A DNA stretch of 64,000 nucleotides from Takakia lepidozioides. Its lineage: Eukaryota; Plantae; Bryophyta. The notes beneath the pieces are model-generated. The model saw nothing but the letters and a program-made list of their open reading frames with translations, was not told where the DNA came from and made no database searches. The DNA is taken from assembly GCA_030704615.1 (NCBI GenBank), contig CM060734.1:61504001-61568000 (forward strand), in the 5' to 3' direction. Below, in pieces: positions 39,885 to 52,723 of this stretch. How positions within the stretch are numbered: position 1 is the first letter of the stretch; each line of letters opens with the position of its first letter. Position numbers and translations under genes: made by a program.

Positions 39885-40648
39885 CTACAAGAAGATGACC
39901 TTATGCTTGTGAGTGCGGAGTGTCAGGGATGCCTCGGCGTGAGCCTAGTCACGTGAGCGCGTGAGCGCAACTGCGCTCACGCCACGTCACCTTGCGCCAA
40001 TGCCACATCGCGAGGCTCACTCCACGTCATCACACTTGAAGACCGCGTCACCACGCGCCCAGGAAGAAGTGGAGTGTATTCCCGCGGATTGGCACCCTTT
40101 ACCGCGGAAACAAGCTGGACGACATAGTAAAAGGCAGTGGTCATTCCCACCTGAAAGCAACAGATGAATAAATGATGGATGAATGTACAGTTGGATGATA
40201 AACAGATGGATGAGTGTGAAAAATGAATGTAGATGGATGAATGAGGGATGGATAAGAGTCAAATGGATGAATGTATAATGGATGTTGAGCAATGTAAAAC
40301 ATTCATGATAGGAAGATGCATAACTAAAACTTTAGACGAATGCACAACGTATATGACATGAGTGTGGTAGGTTTGTGGGGTGGATTAAAGAGTACAGAGG
40401 ATGAATGTACAATGGATGTTGAACAAAGGAAAACATTCATGAATGGAGCACGCATGAATACACTGTAGATGAAAGCACAATGGATATGACAAGAGTGAGG
40501 GAGGTTTGTGAGATGGATTCATACATATGGCAATATAAATGGTAGTTGATTCTTTGATTATTTTTCTTTCCAAAGGAACAACAATGGTGGAGGAAAGGGA
40601 TTCAACGTTTTCCAAAGAGGATGAAACAGAATATTAAAAGAACATAGT

Positions 40649-43600
40649 TCAGTCTGACTCAGAGTCAGTACAATGTATCCCCGCTTCCTCTGCATCTAAG
40701 TCTAAGTATTTAAGAACTCCGGATCTACGCTGGCTACACCTACGGCCGGGTAGTAAAAAGTCAGGGGATAGGGACTCGGCCGCATAAAGTGCCATTGCTT
40801 CGGCATAATCAGGAAACAGAAAATTGGAAAGGGGGCTGTCGAAAACAGACTCGCCACAAATGATTGTATCTCCTGAAGATCCACCGTTGCCTTTCCTGAA
40901 AGACAACCTGAAAAAGTTATTACTGTAACTTTGATGTTATTGAGAAATTGAGTATGGCTCCCAAAGTGGGTTTAGCACTTACTCACATGAAAAATCGTTG
41001 TCGACCTGCTTATCTTCGGGATAGTCATCATTTCGAATTTGAATCCGATTAGTCTGTGTGCCTGAAGTGGAGCCAGACAAAAGGGGGAGGAGCACTGTGT
41101 TGTAGAGGTCAGAATCACCCTCCATGCCAAAAAGGCTTCTTCCGCCTGCCTTGCATGCATGGTAAGTTGCTCCTGCACCAGACAGGAGGACATGAACAGT
41201 TTGGTGGGGGGATTTAAGCAAATGGAACTGGTGAAAGAAAATCAATTCAGAAGGGAGAGAACGAACCTGTGGACACAGAAAGATCGACCACCCATGCAGA
41301 GTGGTGGCTGCATGACTCCAGCAGTATTTGCATGAACGCTAGGGATTTTTCCTTTGCACCTCTCCAGGGAGTGTCATCTGGTCTCTTGAGAGTCTGACTG
41401 GACTGCATGCAGTTGTACAAAATGTCATCGATATGCGGCTCATAGGGGGGGTTGACGAAACAACCCTGGTCAGAAATCTCAAAGTTGCGGATGGAGGATG
41501 GTGTTTTTGAGGTGCGAATCCTCCGCAGGCAGATCGCCTCGAACATCCTCGTCTGCCAAAGATAGCAGGTTAGTGTGGTAAACACAATCTATAGTGGAAG
41601 TGTGTACATCGGCTATTCAGAACTCAGGCATAAAACAATCATTTTTATCACGAATCGGTGATGATCGGTGTCGATCATGACAGATTCTTCTAGAGTGGAG
41701 CTGCAGAGAACATTGAAACTCATCATGAAAGCACAAGCAGAAGGGAGATGGCATACGAGCTGACCAGGGAAACCCCCTTTCACAAGGTAGAGGTTGTTCA
41801 CACAATTCCATGTGCGCAAAATTTCAAACCCTGAAGACTTCAGGTATGATGCCAATGCCCGACGACTATCTTTGTCACATGACTGAAAAAAGCAGAAGTG
41901 TCCCTGCATCAGAGAGAAAATTATTACAGAACCCGAACACCCAACTCCAGTAGTTGTCCTCGAATTTGTTCCAGCCTGGCGTCTTGCCCTTTGGAAGAAC
42001 TTCTGGCACAGCCTGGCCATCCGGGATGTCGAGAATGACAATGTCAGCCGCATATGTTTTCTGCACACCGCACACTAAGGTGGGACCAGTGCTCACCTGC
42101 AACACACATGTTTATTTTCAGAACGATGGCAAGAATGTTTTCAAAGAACCAGATTGAAATACTGCCAATGAAACTTTCAGAGAAAAAGGTAAGAAACTGG
42201 AATCCTCACCAGATTGAGGAATGAGATTATATTGTCCCAGGTAGGCGAAGGCACCCCAGTGTATCCTCTCTTTCGACTTTGCATCATCGCCAGCCAACCC
42301 TCATTGACAATTTTTAATCTCTCCTGCCGAATCAGAACGGGAAGGGTGTGGCTTGGCATCAAACACGCACTGAACTGTGCGGGTATATCTTCCAGTAGTG
42401 AAGTCCTGCCCACTCTCCTTTTCCTTCTCCATCTCCTTTTCTTTCTCCTTCCCCTTGTCATTTTCCTTCTCTTTGGACTTGTCTTTGTCCTTTGGCTTTG
42501 CTGGTGAGATGACTATGACATCAGGAGCCTTGTCTTTTGGTTTGCGGCCCGCCTTCTTTCCCTTCTGCGGCGTTCCCTGAGCATCAGGCTCCTTGGCAGC
42601 CAATGTTGCTATGTTTCTTTGGTACTGCTCGTCAGTCAGAGGCGCCAGCATCTCAGCATTATTGTTCAAATATTTCATGTGCTGTTCTTGAAAGGCCGTG
42701 TGCTCCGGTGGGCAGTCAAGGTACCAGCCACAGTCTCTGAAGTGAGAAGGACTCCAGTCCTTCAATATCCCTGCAGTATACATGGTTGGATCATTTGTAG
42801 GGTCCGACCACATGTCAAGATAGTCTGGAATACCGCTCAGGTGATTTCCTTCCATAAGCACATATTTCGTGTACCTGTTAAATAGGAGATAAATCCCAAC
42901 CGACCAAAGCGCGAAGTGAGTAAGATGCAAGTAGCACAGAATGAAAAAAACATGGAATGAAATGGCTCTGAGAACTGCTCCAAGGAGCTCTCAGGACCAC
43001 GCGACAGCTCTGGATGTGAATGTCGTCAACGCCATTCAAAAAATTCCATTCAATGATACTGCAAATACACCCTAATCCACGTGAATGCAAACTCTCGCTT
43101 TGGAATGACACAGACATAGAAGTGAATGTCGTCAACGTCATTCACTTTGGATTTGTGAATACACTGCTAATCAAGCCTAATGATTTCTCAAAAGAGGCAA
43201 AATCATTGGATGGAAACTGAATGTCGGCAACGACATTCAGAAACTCGAGTAAGGAACCCTCCCTAAAAACTCAATGGACATTCAAAACGTACATAACACT
43301 GAGGACCTCATAATAACACTGGATGTGAATGGCGTCAACGCCATTCACAAAATTCCGAACAAGGAACCAATAAATACACCCTAAGCTCCTAATGCATGTA
43401 AATTCAAATTGTCGCTGGTGAATGACACAGACATAGAAGTGAATGTCGTCAACGACATTTACTTTGGATCTCTGATAACACAGCTAATCAAGCCTCAAGA
43501 TTTTTCGCAATAGGCAAAAGCATTGCAGAACAACTGAATGTTTGCATTGACATTCAGCAAACTGGAGTGAGGAACCCTCACTGTAAACTCTATGGACATT

Positions 43601-45660
43601 ACAAAAACTTACATAACTCTGAGGACCTCTTAACAAATTTGGATGTGAATGCCGTCAACGCCATTCAGGGACATTATCAATTTTAATCAGGGACACTATA
43701 AATACACCCTAAGCTCCTAATCCAGGTGAATTCAAATTCTCGCTTAAGAATGACTCAGACAAAGAAGTGAACGTTGTCAACGACATTCAATTTGGATCTA
43801 TGATTACAATCCTTATGAAGCCAAATTATTTCCCAAAAAGTGCAGTAGAGTTTCCAGTATGATATTGCACCTGTACACAACTCGCATCATGGCCCACTCT
43901 CCTCCAACCTGACTGTCAAAGTCGTTGGACCGTAAAATGTTACCATCTTTGGAGAACTCCCGGAAAAAACAGTATCTCCAAGTGAGACCTCTCCACTTCC
44001 TTATGTATGCCTCCAATGACATTTGGGGAGGGGAAACAATCGAAATGTTCAAGTCCTTCAAAGTCTGATCCAGCACAATGACGGCGCGTTTTTCGAGCTG
44101 CAAATTGTATATTTGTTAGTATTGCAAATAAGATACTCATCACATAATTGAAGAAAAGAAAACGGTTTATTTGAATACACACCTGACTCCGAAATGTAGC
44201 CTTGTGGAGTCAGTTTTCAAACACCAAATCACTGATTCCTTCCACCTTTGTGCCAGGCTATATGGTGCTCTTTGGGAACTGAATCAAGTCCTTTACTGTC
44301 TGATCTGAGTTCCATATCTCCAGCCACCTTATTTTTGTTTGTGGGTCGACCATGGATATGGCCAGCCGGTGCAATTTCTCCTGCTGCATGCACATGCTTG
44401 TCATAGTGAGATTTGATCTGCTGAAGGAACTCATAACCAAGTCCAGGATCTACTATTCTAAGCTACTTTCCGAAGGCGGACATCAATTTGGTTCTTCACA
44501 TTTCAAACTCATTTTTTATTGCTGCTTCCACACCCTTTGATGTCCTTAGTTCCTCTGGTGTAGTGCGGTAATATTCGGATTTTCCCTTCTCAGCTGCCTC
44601 TGCCAGTTCTTGCTGCATTGATTCAAATACTGATTAGCACCGAAGGAACTACAAACATGTATTCGAAAAGTAAACTGAGTACAGACTCGGGCTTACCGCA
44701 TACATGTACTCCAGAAACGCCTCTCGAGTCAAAGAATACCAAGTGCCTGTAGCTCTTCATGTTTCGCACTTCTTGATTATATTGGGGGGGGAGTACTGTC
44801 CGAAAATCATCCAGCTTCATCAAACCAATCCTCTGAATTCGGAATAGTGTGTGGACCAAGCTTGTTGTCTCATGCGATTTCTCTGTCGATCTGCAAAAAC
44901 ATTGGAAACATTGCATTCCTTAACACCGTTTTTTTGGGATTAACAAGATACTACAGAGGGAATGAATTCTCTAGGATGACTTACTTGTTCACGTCGTGCA
45001 TAGTTGTAAGAAGCCTAGCGATGTTGTTTCCTGGATCCAAAACCATTGCCTCCACAGCAACATGCTTGTTTTTGTCTTTCGCATGATGTTTCTGAATGTA
45101 TCCCATCCATGCCAGCAATCAGTGGTTGCCGTCCCAGACATAGAACATGTGGTTGGAGAATTGCTGGGTGTTCTTTCCCATCATGAGGCCCAGCTCGAAC
45201 TCCTCATTAGCATCTTTCCAACACTCATCCCAGGTATCACTGATCTCTGGAGACACTAATGTGCTTTTCCCATTTATATCCATCAGTGACACATAAAAAA
45301 CTTATGCACCAAGTCTGTATCCATGCACAAAATCACTCTCCAATTTTGTTATGTCATGGGAAAGAGGTGGACGCACAACAGGCATAGATATCATCCGACA
45401 TAGGGGGATGTCCAGACGCCCTCCAGATACGAGCATGTCCCTTATAACCTCCTGAGAGTTTACCTTCTGGAATGACATGAGTTCTTTCACCTTGTCAAGG
45501 TAGTGCACTTCAGATTCATCTGCTTCATCGTTATTCTCTGAGTTTTTTCCAGACTCGTCCCCATCTCCAGATCCTTTCCTCTCTGATCCTGTAGGCTTGG
45601 ACCTCACAGTTTTCTGCACGATGCCATTCAAATCTGACTGAGTAATGTGCAAATAGTGAC
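40649..45660 (-). pseudogene. Spliced gene: N-terminal ParB/Srx-like domain, charged linker, C-terminal beta-class N4-cytosine/N6-adenine DNA methyltransferase-like domain
   Basis: ParB-like MFYVWDGNH*(R)LLAW at ~45105-45150. The MTase reads ADIVILDIPDG...FLSDAGTLLLF...PWRGAKEKSLAFMQILLESCSHHSAWVVDLSVST|GATYHACKAGGRSLFGMEGD (exons ~41757-42097, 41267-41552, ~40985-41172), i.e. motif IV before motif I as in PF01555. Stops at ~45302 and ~45119 plus frameshifts. Confidence 0.75.
43018..43788. repeat. Intronic array of eight 20-bp palindromes (consensus GAATGTCGTCAACGACATTC) within a ~310-325-bp higher-order repeat
   Basis: Copies start at 43018, 43124, 43219, 43327, 43441, 43536, 43647 and 43769. 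Spacers 1/4/7, 2/5 and 3/6 are homologous. Confidence 0.85.
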
Positions 45661-46709
45661 GAAGCTTTATTGTGCACCAAGGGTTTGAGAGCTTGGAAAA
45701 GAGCTCTTGCATCACAAGAGAAGAGTCTTGTATGTGGAGAAGATAGACACTAGGGTTTCAAGAGCAAGCTCTAGTTGTTCATGGTATGAAAGAGAAGCCA
45801 AAGAGCGGCACATGCTTGGGTTAGAAACACTATAGAAGGAGTACAACAAGGATAGCTTGAGGAGCATTGAGTAGCTCAAGAGAAGCTAAGAAATGGTTGT
45901 TTTATCCATGGTGAAATGAAGCCAAGTGAGGTTTCATTTGGTTGACAAACAAGCAAGCTAAGGCGCTAGAAGGGAGTGTTTTTGCTAGTCTATGAGTTCT
46001 TGGATTGCTCTTGGTGAAGCAAGTGGTTGACCAAGCAAGTGGCGCATGTGTGGAGCATGTTTTCCAAGTGCGGCTTCCAACTTCAAGCTGGAGGAGAGCT
46101 AGAAGGTGAAGGGAACAAATCATTCTTTTGTGTATGAGGTGATGCTTATGTGGAGCATGTTTTCAGCCCATTGAGGCTTCTATTTTCAAGCCTTGGAGAG
46201 CAAGAAGAAAGGAAAAGGGTTGGTTTCCACTTAGGTGAAAGAAAAGCACTTGTAGAGCACATATTTGAGTTGGGGTTTCAACTTAAGCTTGAGGAGAGCA
46301 CGACTCTTGAGCTAGCAAGTGAAGGGACTTGAATCTTCCTCTTTGCATGAGATGGAGATGTATTGATGCTTGGAGAAGCAACACATAGAAGCCAAGAATG
46401 GAGCATGTGTGTGGATGGCCAAAGGAGAGCACATGAATAAATGCAAGACTTGGTTGCTTGTCAAATGAGGTAAAAAGCTTGATTCTTGAGCTCTAAAAAG
46501 AAGTGAAGCTTGTTGTGTGGAAAATGCATTGCTAGGTGAGATGGAATCAAGCTTGGTTGTGGCTTGAGGTGAAGAAGATCAAGGTAGTTTGCCTTGGTAT
46601 CTCATAGAAGTCATGAATGCTTGAGGAGAGCAAGCATGAAGCTCAAGGAAGCCCAAACCCTAGCTTGGAATGCACAAACCCTAGCATGAGATGCACATGA
46701 AACCCTAGG

Positions 46710-47280
46710 TGCATGGGAACAGTCACCAAAGTGTGGGAACCGTCACTATAGTTTGGGAACGGTCACCAAGGTGTGGGAACGGTCACTATAGGCTGGGAAC
46801 ATAGTGACATATAAAGACAATATAGGGCTTTCGGAGGATTTTCAAGGGCCTTTTGGAGGATTGTTTGGGGGATCTTTGGGGTCCTTTGGGGAGCTTTGGA
46901 AGACACTCTGAGGAGTTTTTGTAAGGCACTTTGAAGAGCTCTTGAAGAGGTATTTGGATGACTATTTGGAGGCCTATTTGCGGTCCTTGAAGGCCAAGTT
47001 TTGGCAAGTTTTTGGAGCCTTGGAAGGCTATGTGGAGGACCATTTGGGGTCTTTGAAGGCCAAGCTTTGGCAAGTTTTTGGAGCCTTTGGAAGGCTATGT
47101 GGAGGACCATTTGGGGTCTTTGAAGGCCAATATTTGGCAAGTTTTTGGAGCCTTTGGAGGGCTATTTGGGGTCCTTGGAGGCCGATATTTGGCGAGCTTG
47201 AGGAGTCTTTGACGACTTGTTGAAAGGACTATTTGGGGTCTTTGAGGGCCGAGATTTGGCAGGCTTTTGGGGCCTTGGTG
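46710..47280 (+). repeat. Short tandem repeats in the Gypsy 5' UTR (GGGAACGGTCAC units and ~60-bp TTGGGGTC..GAAGGCCAA..TTTGGCAAG units)
   Basis: Directly visible. The equivalent region of copy B (60730-60990) has GGTCCTCCAA repeats. Confidence 0.75.
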
Positions 47281-47944
47281 TACTGTTTGAGTACCATTGT
47301 CCAAGCTCTGGGAGTCTTAGTGAGATTGTTTGAGAGACATCTTGAGGGATCTTAGAGTTATTTGAGAGATCCTTGAAAGGTCTAGGGTAGTGGGATGAGA
47401 GCATGCTGTGATAGGAATTGCTTTAGTCTCTTTTCCTTGTAGTCTTCCACCCTCTCTGTAGGCCAAAATCTTTCCGTAGGTGGAGCAAGAGTCAGTCCGG
47501 GTTTGGGCTGGGGTGTCTTGCAGGAGCGACATTGTGGAGTGTTTTTGGTGTGGGGGAGTTACTGTTTTGATTTTCTTGTGCTTGGATCCCCTCCACACTT
47601 GCATGTTTGACTGTGCGCCATGTTAGTTTTGTGTGGGCGCTTGTTTTCATAGGAGGTTGGTCCGGATTTGAACATCGGACAATCCTAGAGAGTGATGTCG
47701 GTGGTGAGGCTGGGGTGATGACCAGTCAGACCTCATTGTTCTCTTATGGTGAGGTTGGGTTGATGACCAGCAGACCATAGGAGTGCTTGCGGTGGATGCA
47801 CGTGCAGGTGCAGGTGCAGGTTTATGTTATGAACCTAGTAGTCTAAGCCATAAGCTGCAACAGGTTCTTTACCCGGTTACCTTGTGGAAAGGGGGATTAG
47901 AGACAGGTTTACAACAGGTGTGGTTGTGAATTTTCATCACGGAG

Positions 47945-50262
47945 GTGCCACCAGTTGCTGAGGGGAGTGCCGGTACGAGCACCAGCGATACTAGTGGGTA
48001 TACAAGACGAGGTGTGTGGTTTAGGCCACCTTCACCTTCAGTGTCTTTTGAGGAAGGTTCAGACTCAGAGTTAGGAGGATTCTCGCCAAGGGTGCAAGCC
48101 ATTCCCGTGCCATTGTTGTGGGATACGATGGAGGAAATGTATGGAGCTACTAAGGGGCCACGTCGATACTCTGGAGCTGTGGGCACCATCGAGCTTGATG
48201 ATTTCATACAGGAGTTTGATAGTTGGTATGATTTGCAGCGGATGCATAATCCACAACTGTTTACGCCTTTTATGGCGTGGAAGGGGTTGTTTCAGCACCT
48301 TGAGGGGCCGCCTATGGATGACTATCATGGTTTAGGCGGGGAAATGAGGTGGAGATTGAGGAGTGGCGACAATATTGGTCACCTGGCAGCGGCGACACCA
48401 ACAGCAACACCAGCATCTCCAACTGCAAACACTAGTAGTGGGACAAGTAAAGATGGAGCTGGGAAATCCACTCAAGTTCCTGCTGCAGCACCAGCACCCG
48501 TGCCTGCCTTTAACCCAGTTGTGGAGTTCTTCGAGGAGTTGAGGAGAAACTACCAGGGGATAAGGACGGAGAAATTGCGGAGCTTGTAAGAGTTCCAGCA
48601 CAAGCCTACTGAGAGTTTGAGGGAGGCTTACACCCGCATGAGGCGCTTGATAAACGTAACCCAAGGGGTTACAGAAGCTCAGGCAGTCCAGTTCTGGTAT
48701 GGGATATTGGACAAGGAGCTGAGGAGAAGGGTGCGGGATGCAACTCTCCTACAAGTGAACCAACCCACCTTAGCAAATGTGTTTTTGCTGGCAGAGCAGA
48801 TAGAGCTTAATATGGTGGAGGAGCGAGTGGTTATGGTAGGGTTTGGCAAGGAGACACAACGAAGTGGGGTTCCTAGCCAACAACAACCACTACCCCAACG
48901 TGTTCAAAGCAACAAGGGGGCTCAGGTGAAGCCTAGGGAAGGACATAGAGGATCTCAGATGCAGAGGTCTCTTCCTTCATTTTCAGGCCAACAACAGTCG
49001 GGTGTGACTTGTTGGGATTGTGGAGGACCTCATGTCAAGAATGATTGCCCGGAGAGAGGCAAGGGCGGGCAAAGGCACAGCCTACACAACTACAGCGTGG
49101 GTATTGTGGAAAGTATGGGCATGAGGAGGCCCATTGTTATGGCTTTATCCTGAGCTACGGCCAGGCCAGTTCCAAGGGAATAATGGTGGCCGAGGACGAG
49201 GCAATGTAGTCCAGAGAGGTAGAGGAGGCAGAGGTTGGGGTGGAGGTTGTAACCAAAACCAAGGAGCACATGATCAAGGTCATGACCAAGACATGGTGGA
49301 TAGACTTGCCCAGCTAGAGCAACGTCTTGCTGCCATGGCCACTACTCATGTTGCGCCAGCTCCAAGGCTTGAGGTTCAAGCCCCACCAGCACAATCTCTT
49401 ATGCCTAGGGAAGATCAGATTGGTATGGGCTTCATGTGTGGAGCCGCACTTGCAGGGCCATTGCATGTATTGGACTCTACTGCTGCTGTCACTCGAGCAG
49501 CAACGCGTGCTCCTGAACCAAGAGGAGCGGATGTGGATTTTGATCCACAAAGGGGGGAAACAAGTCGTCAGACAAGGCTTCCACAGTCCTTTACATTGGC
49601 TGAGACAGTGCCACCTACGCCATCAATGGCACCCGCTCGCCCAAGTGTGTCAGAGGTAGAGCCACGAGTGTCATTGGGGAGAGTTGGTGTGGCTCGGGAA
49701 ATGCCAGTGGGTGGTGCTGCAAAACAAGGTGCAGCCAGTACATTGTTGGGGGCGGCTACGGCGGTTTGCCAAGCTCCATTATTTTCTTCCACGACAATTG
49801 CATTGTCGGGGATGCGGTCAGCTGCAGTGTTTAGACTGGCAGCTGCACTCTGTGAGAGTGGTGATGCATCGGCACTATCTGTGGGGATAGCGGATAAGGC
49901 GCAATGCATGAATGCCATGTATTCAAGGGTGAAGACAGCCACAGCTGCGCCATGGCAAGTGGCAGTTGCAAGGTTGCAGGAATTGTCAGCTATGCCAGCC
50001 CTTGAGCGCAGTATGGTGACTCCTGGGATAGTCCTGGTGGACAATCAGGATGGTGTGTTTCAGTTGGGTGGCCCAGCTGGGAGGAGGTATAGGCCACTGC
50101 GGGTCGTATTGGACTCGGGAGCACATCCATTGATGTTGGGGAGAGCAGCAATTGCAGGCTTGGGCCTTACAGAGGCGGATTTGGAGCCTTGCCCTTTCCA
50201 AATTCAAATATCTTTGGGTGGTTCAGAGAAGGCACGAGGGATTACACACCATGAGCTCTTCA
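47945..50262 (+). pseudogene. Gypsy gag (two CCHC knuckles) and aspartic protease, disrupted
   Basis: ELDDFIQEFDSW, ESLREAYTRMRRL, CWDCGGPHVKNDC, CGYCGKYGHEEAHC, RVVLDSGAHP. Stop at 48587 and frameshifts. Confidence 0.85.
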
Positions 50263-51014
50263 CACTACAACACACCCTATGTAATTTCGACGATTTAGTT
50301 TGACGCTGGCGTTGACTGTTGTCACTTTCGACTGTTCCAACCATTTTGCAGTCAAAATTTATATTAAAATATTCGAGGTGCTAGACAACCGCAAAATTTT
50401 TGACTGTAGTGAGAGATTTTGATTACCTAAAATAAGCTGACTAAGACAACCAGTTAAGCAATAGCATGTGTAATCACAATATATAAACTATATATAACAA
50501 TATATACGTGGATAATAAGAAATAAAAATATTTAACTATTTTTTCACTGACCCAACACATTAATAGTAAACTAATCATGTGTTGGTTAAGGTTAGTGAAA
50601 CAAAACAACTGAATTATCTGAACGAATGATAAACATACGCCTTGCTGGCAGCTATTGGATGAACGTATGAAAGGTTAGTGAAACAAAACAACTGAATTAT
50701 CTGAATGAATGATAAACAAACGCCTTGCTGGCAGCTGTTGGATGAACGTATGAAATATAATTTGTGTGCACTGGATGAACGTATGAATGAACGATAAAGC
50801 AAACATCTTGCTGACAACTATTGGATGAACGGAAAATTAAATGGATGGATGGATAGATTGATGGAAAACCCAAAATCCATCCATCTACGATACCTTCATC
50901 CACATAATTCAAAATAGATTTAGGGTTGCGGGATTGCGTTCAGCGATGAGTAAGTTATGGGACTTGATCGTTTTGCTGTGTTTGCATGGGAGGATTTGCA
51001 AGATATGCAATAGC

Positions 51015-51460
51015 TACTACATTGTGGGCATTGTGGCAAGTATGGGCATAAGGATGCCCATTGTTATGACTTGCATCCTAAGCTCCGGCCAAACCAGCTC
51101 CAAAGGAACAATGGTGGGCGAGAACAAAGCAATGTAGTCCAGAGAGGTAGAGGAGGCAGAGGTCGTGGTGGAGGTCATACAAAACCAAGGAACACATGGT
51201 CTGGGTCAAGGTCATGACCAAGGCATGGTGGATAGACTGGCCCAGCTAGAGCAACGTCTTGCTGCCATGGCCACTACTCATGTTGCCCTAGCTCCAAGGC
51301 CTAAGGTTCAAGCCCCACATGCACAACCTCCATGCCGCTGCATTACCTATGGTAGACCAAATTGGTATGGGGTTCATGTGTGGAGCCGCACTTGCAGGGC
51401 CATTGCATGTGGACTCTGCAGCTACTGTCACTCGAGCAACAACTTGTGCTCCTGAGCCAA
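51015..51460 (+). pseudogene. Isolated third gag fragment of the same Gypsy family
   Basis: Homologous to ~49090-49520 (CGKYGHKDAHC, MVDRLAQLEQRLAAMATTHV). Confidence 0.8.
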
Positions 51461-52315
51461 TCGCAAGGTGTGGCTTTTCTTAATGTACGATGTGAAGATG
51501 TTTGTCCATCCTGCAAATGTGGGCTCTTAGTACCATGATTTGGTATCCTTCCTGATGTTTACAACGTTCTTGGGAGAGTCGGCTTGGTCTTAGCAGGCCG
51601 TGTTTCAATCTCCGCCCGCTCAGCTGCATCGTGGTGGTTCCCGCAGACCAATCCTCTCGCAGACCAATCCGACATTACCTGACTACAGACACAAGCAACA
51701 CACACAAGAGGTGGTCCGTCAAATCCTCGATGGGTCATGACACAAGGTTGAGGACAATGTGGTGAGGGCACCTTATTCGACGTCTTTCAGCCTGTTTTGC
51801 CCGCTCATCAGACTCGGCCCTGAATTTGCAGCACGGAGCAGAGTAGACATGAATTTTATAAAGATCCTTCACGATGGTGCGACAACCGCAATCGCAAGGT
51901 GTGGCTTTTTCTTAATGTACGATGTGAAGAAGTTTGTCCATCATGTAAATGTGGGTTGTTGGCTCATGTTAGTACCATGATTGGGTATTCTTCCTGATGT
52001 TTACAAGGTTCTTGGGAGAGAGCTTCTTCTTAGCAGGCCGTGTTTCAATCTCTGCTCAGCTGTACCGTGGTTGTTCTCACAAACCAATCCGACAGTTCCT
52101 GACGATGGACACACAACGACGCAATGGCGTGAGCCTTGCGCGTGAGCGCGCGAGCGTACGCTCACGCAGGAGTGACGTGGCGTGAGCGTGCACCCACGCT
52201 GACGTGGCGTGAGCATGATGTCACCAGGGTGATATGGCGACAAATGCTAATGTGGCACTGCGCCGTCATCTGCCACGTCAGCATGAACATGCGCCGCCTA
52301 TAACCGAGGATGGTC
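51458..52315. repeat. ~200-bp direct repeat (period ~431) followed by a GTGAGC-rich TE-terminus-like block
   Basis: CAATCGCAAGGTGTGGCTTTT at ~51458 and ~51889. 52120-52315 resembles the 39926-40070 block. Confidence 0.55.
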
Positions 52316-52723
52316 CTATGACTGTGGGATTAATGCAGAAAATCCTTGGCTGAATACAATGAAGACTACCATGGTTCCTACAATTGTAGCTTCCAACATT
52401 GTGCAATTACAAATTTTTGTTTCACTTTTACAATTACAAGAACAAGAAAATATCCTCACAAAGTATGAGCCATAGAGGCTGCCATGGAAAAACCTTGCTC
52501 CCTCCCCAAATAACAATGAGAGTTAGGATCATCTTCAAAAGATGATTGCAGAGCATAGCCACACGAAAATATGTAGACTTCGAAATGTGCAATGATGCAT
52601 GTGCTTTTAAAGTTGTCACTCAGAGCTCACTCAGTATAGTTGGAAGCATAATGGAGGGATAAGGGACGCCATATCATTGCACTGTCGACGATGTTGCAAA
52701 CGAATTGATTTGAATTGAATTTA

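Larger units (their letters stand above)
39926..45665 (-). mobile_element. Probable DNA-transposon fragment carrying a ParB-methyltransferase gene, inserted in Gypsy copy A
   Basis: Gypsy homology breaks abruptly at ~39926. GC-rich GTGAGC/GCTCAC terminal-like block (39926-40070), GGATGA-rich subterminal repeats (40160-40520), then the gene. No TSD or matching second end found. Confidence 0.55.
39521..50262 (+). mobile_element. Gypsy element copy A (same family as 52724-62861): 5' terminal repeat, interrupted 5' UTR, gag-protease, 3' truncated
   Basis: 39521-39884 matches the reverse complement of 62496-62861. The 5' UTR resumes at ~45670 after a 5.7-kb insertion. gag/pro at 47945-50262 parallels 60003-57740 and stops abruptly within the protease. 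Confidence 0.85.

Noticed and set aside
43018-43788. CRISPR-like repeat-spacer appearance
   Set aside because: Spacers are 75-100 bp and are themselves repeated every third unit, the repeats are degenerate, no cas genes are present, and the array lies in a spliceosomal intron.
40649-45660. Bacterial or phage contamination as source of the ParB-MTase
   Set aside because: The gene has GT-AG introns, CpG-type decay, and is embedded in plant LTR sequence.
50263-50411. Possible CACTA mini-element (CACTACA...TGTAGTG)
   Set aside because: Only 7 bp of inverted match and the flanks TCA/AGA give no TSD. It may be a CACTA end but cannot be delimited.
39926-52315. One large DNA element bounded by the two GTGAGC-rich blocks
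   Set aside because: The ends are only loosely similar, there is no TSD, and Gypsy copy A runs across the proposed left boundary.
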